Made by a program: the position numbers and the translations under genes. Below are positions 19,409-28,053 of a DNA stretch of 64,000 nucleotides, one piece after another (position 1 is the first letter of the stretch; each line of letters begins with the position of its first letter). The DNA comes from a virus (Duplodnaviria; Caudoviricetes), in IMG/VR virus record IMGVR_UViG_3300029288_000106, positions 32,001-96,000 of that record. One strand, written 5' to 3'. A model generated the notes under the pieces. That model was not told the DNA's origin, searched no databases, and saw only the letters and a list, made by a program, of their open reading frames with translations.

Positions 19409-20109
19409 TACTCTATCACGGAACATCTGAAGTATATTTAAACAAGATTCTAGAAAAGGGTCTTGTTCCTCGAAGAGATCAGAAAATACCAAATTCAAAT
19501 TGGAAAGAATATCCCAGCCAAACAGATATGATCTATCTATCCACAGCATATCCATTTTATTTTGCATATACAGCTTGCAATCAAGTAAATCAATCAAAAG
19601 GAGTTGTATTTGAACTTGATTTACCTGATGATTCTACAAGTTTTTATCCAGATGAAGATTTCATATATCATTGTATTAAAAATCAATATAAATATAATAA
19701 GTCGAAAGAAGCACTAAAACAACTTCATGAAGATATAAAAAATAATTTGCAAAGTTACCAACACTATTGGGGGCACAGTATAACTAAAATGGGAGTTTGT
19801 GGTTATAAAGAAACAATTACACCGGAACACATCAAACGATATTGTGTAGTTGATTTTAGAAAAACTCCTCACATAGCTCTTAGTTGTCTTGATCCCAGCA
19901 TCTCTCCAGATAACTTTGCAATTAAAGGAAAGTACTATCAAGATCTTGTGAAGTGGTTTTTTGGTGATCGAGAGTTATTACCACAGGTTGATGAAGCTAA
20001 TTTAATAGTTAAACTTTTTCAAGAGAATAAAAAAGAATTTGAAAAGGGTGTGAATTTTTGGGCAGAACAATCGTATAATAGAGAATATATACAGGTGATT
20101 AATTTATAA
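19405..20109 (+). CDS. ADP-ribosyltransferase-fold (HGT-motif) protein
   Basis: LYHGTS..ILEKGL..IYLST. Confidence 0.6.
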   Translation: MILYHGTSEVYLNKILEKGLVPRRDQKIPNSNWKEYPSQTDMIYLSTAYPFYFAYTACNQVNQSKGVVFELDLPDDSTSFYPDEDFIYHCIKNQYKYNKSKEALKQLHEDIKNNLQSYQHYWGHSITKMGVCGYKETITPEHIKRYCVVDFRKTPHIALSCLDPSISPDNFAIKGKYYQDLVKWFFGDRELLPQVDEANLIVKLFQENKKEFEKGVNFWAEQSYNREYIQVINL

Positions 20110-20151
20110 AAATAGAAAAAATGAAAATTTTCTTAGGCACATTTTATAGGA

Positions 20152-20481
20152 ATGACAGCTAGTTTATATGTTTTAGGGCCTTTTAAAAAAGAACTTATTA
20201 CGTATCTTGATGCAAATTATTGGAAAAATGTAAAAGAAGAAACAGAAATTTTTGCTAAACTCTTATACACACCAACAAATAATCTAAGCCAACTGATGGC
20301 AGATATGTTTGGTATTAATATTAACAATCCCAGTGAGTTTGTTTTTGTTCCTGATGAAGCTAAAATGGATTGGGTATTAGGCCAACCAATCAGCGCACAA
20401 AACGATATTGAAAATGTACAAGAAATGATAGAAGCTTTTAAAAAAGCAGGATATATCTTTATCTTTGATCCTTATAGTTAA
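20152..20481 (+). CDS. Hypothetical protein
   Basis: 109-aa ORF. Confidence 0.7.
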   Translation: MTASLYVLGPFKKELITYLDANYWKNVKEETEIFAKLLYTPTNNLSQLMADMFGININNPSEFVFVPDEAKMDWVLGQPISAQNDIENVQEMIEAFKKAGYIFIFDPYS

Positions 20482-20497
20482 ATTGATTAGTAGTCTG

Positions 20498-20552
20498 GTA
20501 TTAATCAAACTAAGATCATTGATTCTCCTGCGTGCTCTTTAGATAATTTTGT
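20498..20552 (+). repeat. Dispersed palindromic element, degenerate copy 2
   Basis: GTATTAATC..AAGATCATT..GCGTGCTCTTTAG. Confidence 0.55.
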
Positions 20553-20569
20553 AGAAGAAAGACTAAAGA

Positions 20570-20875
20570 ATGAATGTTTATATAAAAACAAAATACACCG
20601 ATGGAGAAGTAGAATTAAAATTTGGATATTACTCAAACGGAAGTATAGCTATAAAAGGATACAGTACAGATGGACTTCATGAATGTGTATTCATAGCTAC
20701 AGTTGCTCTATCTACCATACCTGCTCCAGGATTTGTCTTTTTAAAAGGTTGGTCAGAAAATGAAGGACTTCCAGAAGCACTTGTTAAAGCTGGAATAGTT
20801 GAATTGACAGGAAAAAAGATACCTACAGGATATTGTGAAGCTCAAGAAGCAAAATTACTTGTAGATATTAAATAA
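20570..20875 (+). CDS. Hypothetical protein (DUF4313-like)
   Basis: ENEG..LVKAGIVELTG..TGYCE. Confidence 0.65.
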   Translation: MNVYIKTKYTDGEVELKFGYYSNGSIAIKGYSTDGLHECVFIATVALSTIPAPGFVFLKGWSENEGLPEALVKAGIVELTGKKIPTGYCEAQEAKLLVDIK

Positions 20876-20890
20876 AATATTTTTAAAAAA

Positions 20891-20925
20891 TTTTCTTGAT
20901 TTTTATAAAACATATATTATAATAT
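20891..20925 (+). promoter_or_regulatory. Sigma70-like early promoter, copy 3
   Basis: TTGATT(20896)-16 nt-TATAAT(20918). Confidence 0.75.
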
Positions 20926-20929
20926 ATTT

Positions 20930-21280
20930 ATGAATAAAAAACAACTATTAAAAAATAGTAAAACAAGCAAAATTAAAAATAAACATTTTACTTCGCCCGG
21001 TAATACTTTTTACGGCATTCAAAATAAAACAACTAAAGTATTATTAAGTTTATCAGTATCAGGAACAGGATCAACTGAAAGTTATGAATGTAGCCTTCAA
21101 GAAGATAGATTTACTAAAACTCCTTGGCTTACTACTTCTAAAGAAATAGCCAAAAAACTTTTAGAGGAAGGAATTGATTGGTATAATTCAAATTTAGAGT
21201 GCCCAGGAAATGCTTGGATGTTTAATGATGGTAAATTTAAAAACTATGAAATTGTAGAAATAATACTACAAATAAAATAA
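20930..21280 (+). CDS. Hypothetical protein
   Basis: 116-aa ORF starting 7 nt after the -10 box. Confidence 0.65.
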   Translation: MNKKQLLKNSKTSKIKNKHFTSPGNTFYGIQNKTTKVLLSLSVSGTGSTESYECSLQEDRFTKTPWLTTSKEIAKKLLEEGIDWYNSNLECPGNAWMFNDGKFKNYEIVEIILQIK

Positions 21281-21354
21281 TTTTTAAAAATCAAATTTTT
21301 TACTTTTGTATTTTATAAAAACGTATATATTAAAAAGAAGAAAGGGCAAAACAG

Positions 21355-22377
21355 ATGATTGATATTACAAAAAAACTCATTACAAAAGAAACAATGCTAG
21401 AACAGGGCCAAAAGCTCCGCACACTCACGGCTGAAGATATTACATTTGGAGAACAAACCAAATTTGCTTATGATGAAAAGCAAGGTGTAGTTCTTCAAGT
21501 GAAATCAAACGAACCTCAAACACTCGAAGCAACAGCAGTTCAACATCTTCTTCAGAATATTGGACTGCCTCAGAAGTTCTTTAACGAAACAACATCAGAT
21601 TTAGCAATACAACTTTTGAACTATTGGTATCAAGACAAACGAAATGGCCTCAAAAGCAGATTGTTAAAAGAAACAGGAAAAGTTACCGGAGTAGCTTTCA
21701 ATCCAAGAGATCAATTTGTATCACTTGATCAAATGATTGAAACAATCGAAGCATCTCTTGGGCAAGCAAATATTATTGGTTATCACAATCCATATTTCGA
21801 TTGGTCTCACAGCAATATCAATGTTGTGCTTAACCAGGTATTTGCAGTAAACGGAAGAGAAGATTTACTTAACATTGGAATCAGATTTGTTCATTCTTTC
21901 AACGAAATTGAACCAACTCGAGCTTTTGCTTATGTCTTTCGTCAATTTTGCTCTAATGGAGCAATAACAGAAGATACATTCGCTTCATTCAGTAAACGAT
22001 CAAAAGGTATGCCATTTAGAAAATGGGTTGATTCAGTTGTTGTTGAATCAACAAAAGCAGCAGGCCTCGAACAACAGCGATTGCAAAAACTCTTGCAGAT
22101 GCCAACAAATCAACATACATCTGATATACTTAATCATGTAATGGAAAGATCATTCTTACCAAAAGATGTACAAGAAGCAATTCGAACAGAAGCAATTGAT
22201 GCTAACGCAGAAACAATGTATGATGTCTACAATATACTTACTCGAGTATCTACACATCATCCAATCTTTTCTGATCATCCAACTGCTCTTCCGACAGTTG
22301 AAAAACTTGCAACAGGCCTTTCATTCCATTCTAGTTTATGTCCAGTATGCAAACACGAAATTGTAACAAAAGATTAA
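21355..22377 (+). CDS. DUF932-like protein
   Basis: FRQFCSNGAI motif; MYDVYNILT. Confidence 0.7.
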   Translation: MIDITKKLITKETMLEQGQKLRTLTAEDITFGEQTKFAYDEKQGVVLQVKSNEPQTLEATAVQHLLQNIGLPQKFFNETTSDLAIQLLNYWYQDKRNGLKSRLLKETGKVTGVAFNPRDQFVSLDQMIETIEASLGQANIIGYHNPYFDWSHSNINVVLNQVFAVNGREDLLNIGIRFVHSFNEIEPTRAFAYVFRQFCSNGAITEDTFASFSKRSKGMPFRKWVDSVVVESTKAAGLEQQRLQKLLQMPTNQHTSDILNHVMERSFLPKDVQEAIRTEAIDANAETMYDVYNILTRVSTHHPIFSDHPTALPTVEKLATGLSFHSSLCPVCKHEIVTKD

Positions 22378-22394
22378 CTAACTAGCTAATCATC

Positions 22395-22426
22395 GCCACG
22401 ATCCAGACTAAAAACTGGATCGAGGC
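22395..22426 (+). terminator. Stem-loop, possible terminator
   Basis: CGATCCAG/CTGGATCG stem after the DUF932 stop; weak U-tract. Confidence 0.45.
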
Positions 22427-22468
22427 CTTGATTATCTTTCAGAAATAACATCAAAGTCTAAAACAAGG

Positions 22469-22999
22469 ATGGTTATGAATAGCAGCAAGGATGTTACTCA
22501 ATATCTGAGTATAATTCAGATAGAAGCGTATAAGTGTTATATGAAATTAAAAAAACCACCTATTTATGATGTAGAAGATTTAGAACAAGAAGGGATAATT
22601 GTATGGTTGTATGCTTGTATGTTTAAACCTGATTACACAGAACTTGAGTTCAGGCCATACTTTAGAATAGCTCTTATAAATAGATTTAATGATATTCTAA
22701 CAAAGTCTTATCGATATATTAATCAAGCTGGAGAAATAGATATGCCTTGTATTGGAGCATTAAAGCCCACTATATCTCCTCTAGCTAAAGCACAACTAAC
22801 TGAAACATTATACACAAATCTATCTCCAGTAGAACTTAATTACATATCTACACTTTTCAACTTGTCAGAAGAAGAAAAGAAAGAACTAACAAACGACCGG
22901 CGACATAGATTTTCATTAATGCAGAAAAAAATGAATTTAACGACCGAACAAGATTTTCAAACTAGAAAAAATATTGAACGGGTTTTAACTAATGCTTAA
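22469..22999 (+). CDS. Sigma70-family-like factor (region 2)
   Basis: DVEDLEQEG..FRPYF..INRFNDIL. Confidence 0.6.
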   Translation: MVMNSSKDVTQYLSIIQIEAYKCYMKLKKPPIYDVEDLEQEGIIVWLYACMFKPDYTELEFRPYFRIALINRFNDILTKSYRYINQAGEIDMPCIGALKPTISPLAKAQLTETLYTNLSPVELNYISTLFNLSEEEKKELTNDRRHRFSLMQKKMNLTTEQDFQTRKNIERVLTNA

Positions 23000-23016
23000 T
23001 TCTATATATACAAAGA

Positions 23017-23064
23017 TATTAACCAGTAGAAGATCATTAAGGAGCACGCGTGCTCTTAAGATCT
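23017..23064 (+). repeat. Dispersed palindromic element, copy 3 (upstream of queC)
   Basis: TATTAACCAGTAGAAGATCATTAAGGAGCACGCGTGCTCTTAAGATCT. Confidence 0.9.
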
Positions 23065-23081
23065 TGATATAGGAGAATAAT

Positions 23082-23843
23082 ATGGGCAGTAGTGTAGTAG
23101 TAGTTTATTCAGGCGGATTAGATAGCACAGTATTACTAAATCATGCTGTAAAAACAATTGATCGAGTGTTAGCAATAAACTTTAATTACGGATCAAAACA
23201 TAATAATAAAGAACGAGATGCAGCTAAAGCTGTTTGTGAAGAACTTTCAGTTCCACTTTTTCTTGTTAATCTTCCAACTGATATAATTTGGATTGATCCG
23301 ACCTATCATTCTGAACGACTTGGGACTTTACTTAAGTCAAATCTAATGGCAAAAGGAAACGAAATACCAGATGGTCATTATGCTGAAGATGTGATGAAAA
23401 AAACAGTTGTCCCATTTAGAAATGGTATTATGCTATCAATAGCAGCTGGATTTGCTGAAAGTCATGATTGTAAATTTTTATGGTTAGCTAGCCATTCGGG
23501 CGATCATCATATATACTGTGATTGTAGACCAGAATTTACAAATGCTATGGCTTCTGCTGTACATTTTGGTACATATACTAATATTGAATTGAGAGCTCCG
23601 TTCAGCAATAAAAATAAAGCAGAAATTGTGAAACAGGGAGTTGAAGAAAATGCTCCAATGCATTTAACTTGGAGTTGTTATAAAGGTGGAAATAGACCGT
23701 GTCTAACTTGTGGCACATGCATTGAAAGAACCGAAGCATTCAAATTAGCTGGAATAAAAGATCCAACTCTATCCGATGCTGAATGGAAAATAGCATTAAC
23801 TCATCTGGAAAAAACAAACAATTTGATGAAAGAACAATCATGA
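23082..23843 (+). CDS. queC: 7-cyano-7-deazaguanine (preQ0) synthase
   Basis: SGGLDS, YGSKH, VPFRN, DCRPEF, SCY..PCLTCGTC. Confidence 0.95.
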   Translation: MGSSVVVVYSGGLDSTVLLNHAVKTIDRVLAINFNYGSKHNNKERDAAKAVCEELSVPLFLVNLPTDIIWIDPTYHSERLGTLLKSNLMAKGNEIPDGHYAEDVMKKTVVPFRNGIMLSIAAGFAESHDCKFLWLASHSGDHHIYCDCRPEFTNAMASAVHFGTYTNIELRAPFSNKNKAEIVKQGVEENAPMHLTWSCYKGGNRPCLTCGTCIERTEAFKLAGIKDPTLSDAEWKIALTHLEKTNNLMKEQS

Positions 23844-24067
23844 AGATAACAAAACAAAAAACAGAAAGACTCATAAAAAAACTCAGTCCTATTGATAATG
23901 TAGAATTTTTTCAGGCCAATCCAAAATACGTCCGGGTAAATGACTTTGCTAAAGCAAATAATATCACTGTACAAACAGTACTAAATAAGGCACGGAATGG
24001 AAGCATTGAAGCAAGGATGTTCATGAACTTAATTGTTGTGAGAAATAAAAAGGAAAATATCACATGA
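23840..24067 (+). CDS. Small putative HTH DNA-binding protein
   Basis: VNDFAKANNITVQTVLNKARNG; ATGA overlap with queC. Confidence 0.6.
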   Translation: MKITKQKTERLIKKLSPIDNVEFFQANPKYVRVNDFAKANNITVQTVLNKARNGSIEARMFMNLIVVRNKKENIT

Positions 24068-24174
24068 TTGCTGTAATTCTCATAAGCCTTGCAGTATTAA
24101 TGATTTACCCCCCAGCTTTTCTTCCCGTTTTACTTATACTCGGGGCGTTGTGTATAGGAGCTAAATGTAGATAA
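24064..24174 (+). CDS. Small hydrophobic membrane peptide (36 aa)
   Basis: AAGGA SD; MIAVILISLAVLMIYPPAFLPVLLILGALCIGAKCR. Confidence 0.55.
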   Translation: MIAVILISLAVLMIYPPAFLPVLLILGALCIGAKCR

Positions 24175-24225
24175 ACTTCACAGTGTGTGAAGTAATAATA
24201 ACTTAACTCTAGAAAGGGACAAAAA

Positions 24226-24636
24226 ATGAAGTTAGCATGGTACCGAATTATTGTATTGATCTTACAATTACTGACTGGTAAGACTGACAGAATATTACCA
24301 AGAACAGAAATCAATTGTAAGCCAGAAGCGCTGTATTTGTTGAAGCAGCTGAAAAAAACTGCAGCAACAACAGCTAACATCGAATTCTGGATGTGGTTGG
24401 TCACGAAAATTATTGAACTTATAAAAACGATGCAGGAAGAAACAGCTACGGAAATACCTACTTTAGTTGGTTTACCAGACGTAACACTTGGTCTTGCTAA
24501 AATAGTGGGAGATCAACCTACACAACTTCCGCCAGCAATGGAAAGTATTGATGGGGCTATTGCTTTCTTACAACCAGCACCAGCTAAAACAGAAGAACCG
24601 GCCAAAACAGAAACAAATCAGCCAGAACAGTCGTAA
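24226..24636 (+). CDS. Hypothetical protein
   Basis: 136-aa ORF, AAGGGA SD. Confidence 0.7.
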   Translation: MKLAWYRIIVLILQLLTGKTDRILPRTEINCKPEALYLLKQLKKTAATTANIEFWMWLVTKIIELIKTMQEETATEIPTLVGLPDVTLGLAKIVGDQPTQLPPAMESIDGAIAFLQPAPAKTEEPAKTETNQPEQS

Positions 24637-24652
24637 TTATATAAAGACCAGT

Positions 24653-24723
24653 GGGGCTGTAGTTTAACTGGCAAAACGCTTTATTACGGTAAAGAATTAT
24701 AGGTTCAAATCCTATCGGCTCCA
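24653..24723 (+). tRNA. Atypical tRNA: Ala-type acceptor stem, 6-nt anticodon loop (UUACGG), no encoded CCA
   Basis: GGGGCTG/CGGCTCC-A; D-stem GTTT/AAAC with GG; anticodon stem CTTTA/TAAAG; T-arm ATAGG-TTCAAAT-CCTAT. Confidence 0.8.
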
Positions 24724-24761
24724 GTAAATATATTAGGTAATTTCAATTGAAAGGATTCACT

Positions 24762-25637
24762 ATGGACCTCAAGTTTGGATGGCTCAAAGAACCAGATGAT
24801 CCTCGTGACTACACAGAGCAAAATATTCAAACTAAAAAACCAGAGTTTGCTAGACTCAAACTTCCGTTTTTTAAACAGGAAAAAGTTATAAATAATGACC
24901 GATACGTTATAAAAGGCGTATATCAAAAACGCAATGACTGCGTTGCCCACACAGGTTATCATCTTGTTGGATTTATCTGTAAGAAGATTTTTGGTAAAGA
25001 TGTTAAAATATCAAGAAGACATCTATATTACTTACTTCGATTTCTGATGCTAAATGATGAAAAACCAGTCAACTCAGAAATTGTATATCCATCTGAAGAT
25101 ACAGGTGGGTGGATTCGAAAAATGATTCAATCTATCTCTCTTGGCATTGTACCTGAAGACTACATTCGATATGTTGCAGACAAATATAATGAAAAACCTG
25201 ATCCATATCTTGTAGCACAATTCGCTGGATCTTACAAAGCTTTGAAAGCAATAAAACTCGATTATCCTGGAATAGATAGAGAAGAACTTATTGTAAGTAT
25301 GAAAAAATGGTGTGAAGCAGGTTGGCCAATTGCTTTTGGAACACTTCTTGGAAAGTCATACTATGAAAGTTTTGAGAATGGTGGTATAATTAAAGCACCT
25401 AATTTCTTAAAAGAAGGAATACCAATAGGTGCTCACGCTATGATGATTCCGGCTGGCTTCGACGAAAATACAAAGAGATTTCGACTTCAAAATTCTCACC
25501 TTGGTTTCGGAGATGAAAATTGTTGTGGCTATATTGATGAAGATGTATTTAGAATGAAACGAAACCAAAAACCAATTGCTCAAGATATCTGGGTTGGAAT
25601 TGACTACCAAGCTCTTATAAAAGAACAATTCAATTAA
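24762..25637 (+). CDS. Papain-family (C1A) cysteine peptidase
   Basis: GW..PDDPRDY; QKRNDCVAH; GAHAM; LQNS. Confidence 0.8.
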   Translation: MDLKFGWLKEPDDPRDYTEQNIQTKKPEFARLKLPFFKQEKVINNDRYVIKGVYQKRNDCVAHTGYHLVGFICKKIFGKDVKISRRHLYYLLRFLMLNDEKPVNSEIVYPSEDTGGWIRKMIQSISLGIVPEDYIRYVADKYNEKPDPYLVAQFAGSYKALKAIKLDYPGIDREELIVSMKKWCEAGWPIAFGTLLGKSYYESFENGGIIKAPNFLKEGIPIGAHAMMIPAGFDENTKRFRLQNSHLGFGDENCCGYIDEDVFRMKRNQKPIAQDIWVGIDYQALIKEQFN

Positions 25638-25676
25638 ACTAACCCAAAAAATAATCAAAAGACAAGAGGAAAACTA

Positions 25677-26513
25677 ATGGATACAGAAATGTGGGATCTA
25701 TTATATATCGCTGATAAAAAAGATAGCCATGAAGCTGACGACTTTATAGATAACTACACAGCTATATTTAACAGAAAGCTATGGAAAGAACGCTATCCAG
25801 ATATTCCATATCCACATTATTCTCATGCTGAAAAAGTATTTCCATACCGAGCTCGTTACGCAGAATGGATTGAAAGGCACTGTGGAATTGTCATTCCAGT
25901 TGGAAATAATATATGCTTTAGTTCAACATTAAGAGACGAAGGAAAAGGAGTAAGATTTGCTGATTTTGACATAATCACTCGAAACAAACATAGATGGGAT
26001 TTATATCTTGAAATCATAACAGAAGAAGAAATGGATATTCGATTTGCTCGGGCTTGTAAAATAGTTGGTCGGCCTTATTTCAAGATTGGATTGGTTCTTG
26101 ATTTTGGTTTGCCTTTCGGTAAATTAGGATGGGCAATTGGAGCTTTACTTAATCAATGGTATTGTTCGCAAGCTTGTTTTTATGTAGATACAGGAAAACG
26201 TGCCAGACAATCACCAATACGAAGAGGAATTTGGATAAGACAACAAGGACGAAAGTTTTTAGGTAATTTAGGTGAAAATGAAGTTAATTATCAGATTATA
26301 AATGATGGAAAAGTTCAAATTCAACTTCAAAAAACAGTATCAAAAATAGTAGCAACTGATTGTGAAGGAAGAAAGTGTACAGTAGTAGAATTTGAACACA
26401 ATCAAGATATAAATCAGGAAATACTAGAGTTTATATTTATGAAAACTCTTATATATACAAAAAATGTAGGAGCAGAAAATATCAAAAGTATTGATATTGA
26501 AAACAAATCATGA
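25677..26513 (+). CDS. Putative permuted NlpC/P60 (YiiX-like) amidase
   Basis: YSHAE upstream of WYCSQ. Confidence 0.5.
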   Translation: MDTEMWDLLYIADKKDSHEADDFIDNYTAIFNRKLWKERYPDIPYPHYSHAEKVFPYRARYAEWIERHCGIVIPVGNNICFSSTLRDEGKGVRFADFDIITRNKHRWDLYLEIITEEEMDIRFARACKIVGRPYFKIGLVLDFGLPFGKLGWAIGALLNQWYCSQACFYVDTGKRARQSPIRRGIWIRQQGRKFLGNLGENEVNYQIINDGKVQIQLQKTVSKIVATDCEGRKCTVVEFEHNQDINQEILEFIFMKTLIYTKNVGAENIKSIDIENKS

Positions 26514-26689
26514 AATGGCTTTGTATAATATTTTGTGTTGCATTTATAGCATTTGGTGGAGTTAAAGTAGAGCATCATGTAATTGTTGAAGTAAATGCTA
26601 AACATGTAGTTGAATCAATCTTAAATTTCTTTAGGTTTCGAAGCAGGAGTAAACCAGATGATAATAACAAGAGAATACCTCAGAGCTAA
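26510..26689 (+). CDS. Small protein with N-terminal hydrophobic segment (59 aa)
   Basis: MKWLCIIFCVAFIAFGG...; ATGA overlap. Confidence 0.5.
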   Translation: MKWLCIIFCVAFIAFGGVKVEHHVIVEVNAKHVVESILNFFRFRSRSKPDDNNKRIPQS

Positions 26690-27026
26690 TCCAACACATA
26701 TATTTGTATTTGGTGATAACATGCTTCATTCAGGATATGCTGGAGCTGCTGCTTTAAGAGATGAACCAAATGTTTTTAAATTTATAACTAAAAAAAGACC
26801 TACACAAGAAGATTCAGCTTTCTATACTCCAGAAGAATACAAAAAAATCTATTTACGAGAAATTGGCTTGTTGATAGTAGATATACAGATGCAGCCAGAT
26901 AATTTATTCTTAATATCAAAATTAGGATCTGGTCTTGCTAATAGATTTGGTATATTTGAAGCAATAATCGAACCACACATCAAAAATGATTTAGCCAGTT
27001 ATTCTAATGTAAAATTCTTATGGTAA
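26658..27026 (+). CDS. Conserved phage hypothetical protein (FVFGDN family)
   Basis: IFVFGDN..GAAALR..ITKK..LGSGLA; AGGAG SD. Confidence 0.7.
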   Translation: MIITREYLRANPTHIFVFGDNMLHSGYAGAAALRDEPNVFKFITKKRPTQEDSAFYTPEEYKKIYLREIGLLIVDIQMQPDNLFLISKLGSGLANRFGIFEAIIEPHIKNDLASYSNVKFLW

Positions 27027-27069
27027 TCCTGCAACGTATGCCCTCACCGGGTATACAACACTTTCGCGT

Positions 27070-27098
27070 AATGGCTGCTATCCGACGGCCATTTTTTT
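27070..27098 (+). terminator. Intrinsic terminator of the + strand block
   Basis: AATGGCTG/CGGCCATT stem then T7. Confidence 0.75.
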
Positions 27099-27105
27099 AT
27101 CAAAT

Positions 27106-27145
27106 AAAAAAGTGGACACCACTAAAACAATCAGCAGTGCCCACT
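27106..27145 (-). terminator. Intrinsic terminator of the - strand block
   Basis: On - strand AGTGGGCAC/GTGTCCACT stem then T-tract. Confidence 0.7.
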
Positions 27146-27171
27146 AAAGAGAAAAAAGAGTTTCTTGAAAC

Positions 27172-28053
27172 TTACTTTTTTCCTAATATCTTATTATAAG
27201 CATTAATATAAAATTGAACAAGATTTTTTGGGTGCCAATTTTGTAAAATCCATTCGCGGCTTTTTTGTTGATATTCTCTGAGCTTGTCTGTATTAACAAG
27301 TAGATTGTCCAGCACTGTATCAAGAACATTCAAATCAGCATAAACCCAAGCAGGATGAAAAAAGTTATTAATAACTGCTAAACCAAAACAAGACCCTTCT
27401 AATGATGTCCGATGAAATGTATTATTTATCACATCATCTACTAGAATGTCACTATTTCTCTTCTCTAGTAAATTATCTTCATAAGAAAAATTTGAAAAAA
27501 CTTTTACTATAGCTTTATCTGTAAATTTAGATAAAATTTCACATACCTCAGGTTTTCCTTTTGTTCCAATCTGATTTACTGGAAGAGAATTGGTTGGAGC
27601 AAATGCAATTATTGGCTTTTCATTTTTCTTTAACAAAGGAGTATATTCTTCAGGATTGATAAGATTTGGTAAGGTCATGAGTTTTGGATACTGTCTCATT
27701 TGTAGTGGTTGAGATATACAATAAACATATGGTGTAATTCGTGCATACCAATCAAGAGGCATTCTCTGTGGTACAGAATGAAGCTGAATAATTATTTTCT
27801 TTTTCCTTATCCATTCTTCTGGAAGTAAATTTATTTCATTATGAAAATGAATGATATCTGCTTCAGCAACTAAATTTTGTATTTGCTTATCTTCAGTATT
27901 GAAAATAATATCAGATGGAAATTTCCGGCCATCTCTATACTGAGTTCTATGAGCAATCCATCGAACTTTAAGATCAGTATAATTATTCAAACATTTGCAG
28001 ATCTCATAAGGAGCAGCGGCCAAAGCGGTTTTTGATACATGTATTATATTCAT
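27172..28053 (-). CDS. GT-B fold glycosyltransferase
   Basis: ADIIHFH, FAPTN, DILVDD..SLEG. Confidence 0.7.
   Translation of the reverse strand: MNIIHVSKTALAAAPYEICKCLNNYTDLKVRWIAHRTQYRDGRKFPSDIIFNTEDKQIQNLVAEADIIHFHNEINLLPEEWIRKKKIIIQLHSVPQRMPLDWYARITPYVYCISQPLQMRQYPKLMTLPNLINPEEYTPLLKKNEKPIIAFAPTNSLPVNQIGTKGKPEVCEILSKFTDKAIVKVFSNFSYEDNLLEKRNSDILVDDVINNTFHRTSLEGSCFGLAVINNFFHPAWVYADLNVLDTVLDNLLVNTDKLREYQQKSREWILQNWHPKNLVQFYINAYNKILGKK

Noticed and set aside
24653-24723. tmRNA or normal tRNA-Arg(ACG)
   Set aside because: Closed 71-nt cloverleaf with no tag ORF; lacks A20 and a 7-nt loop
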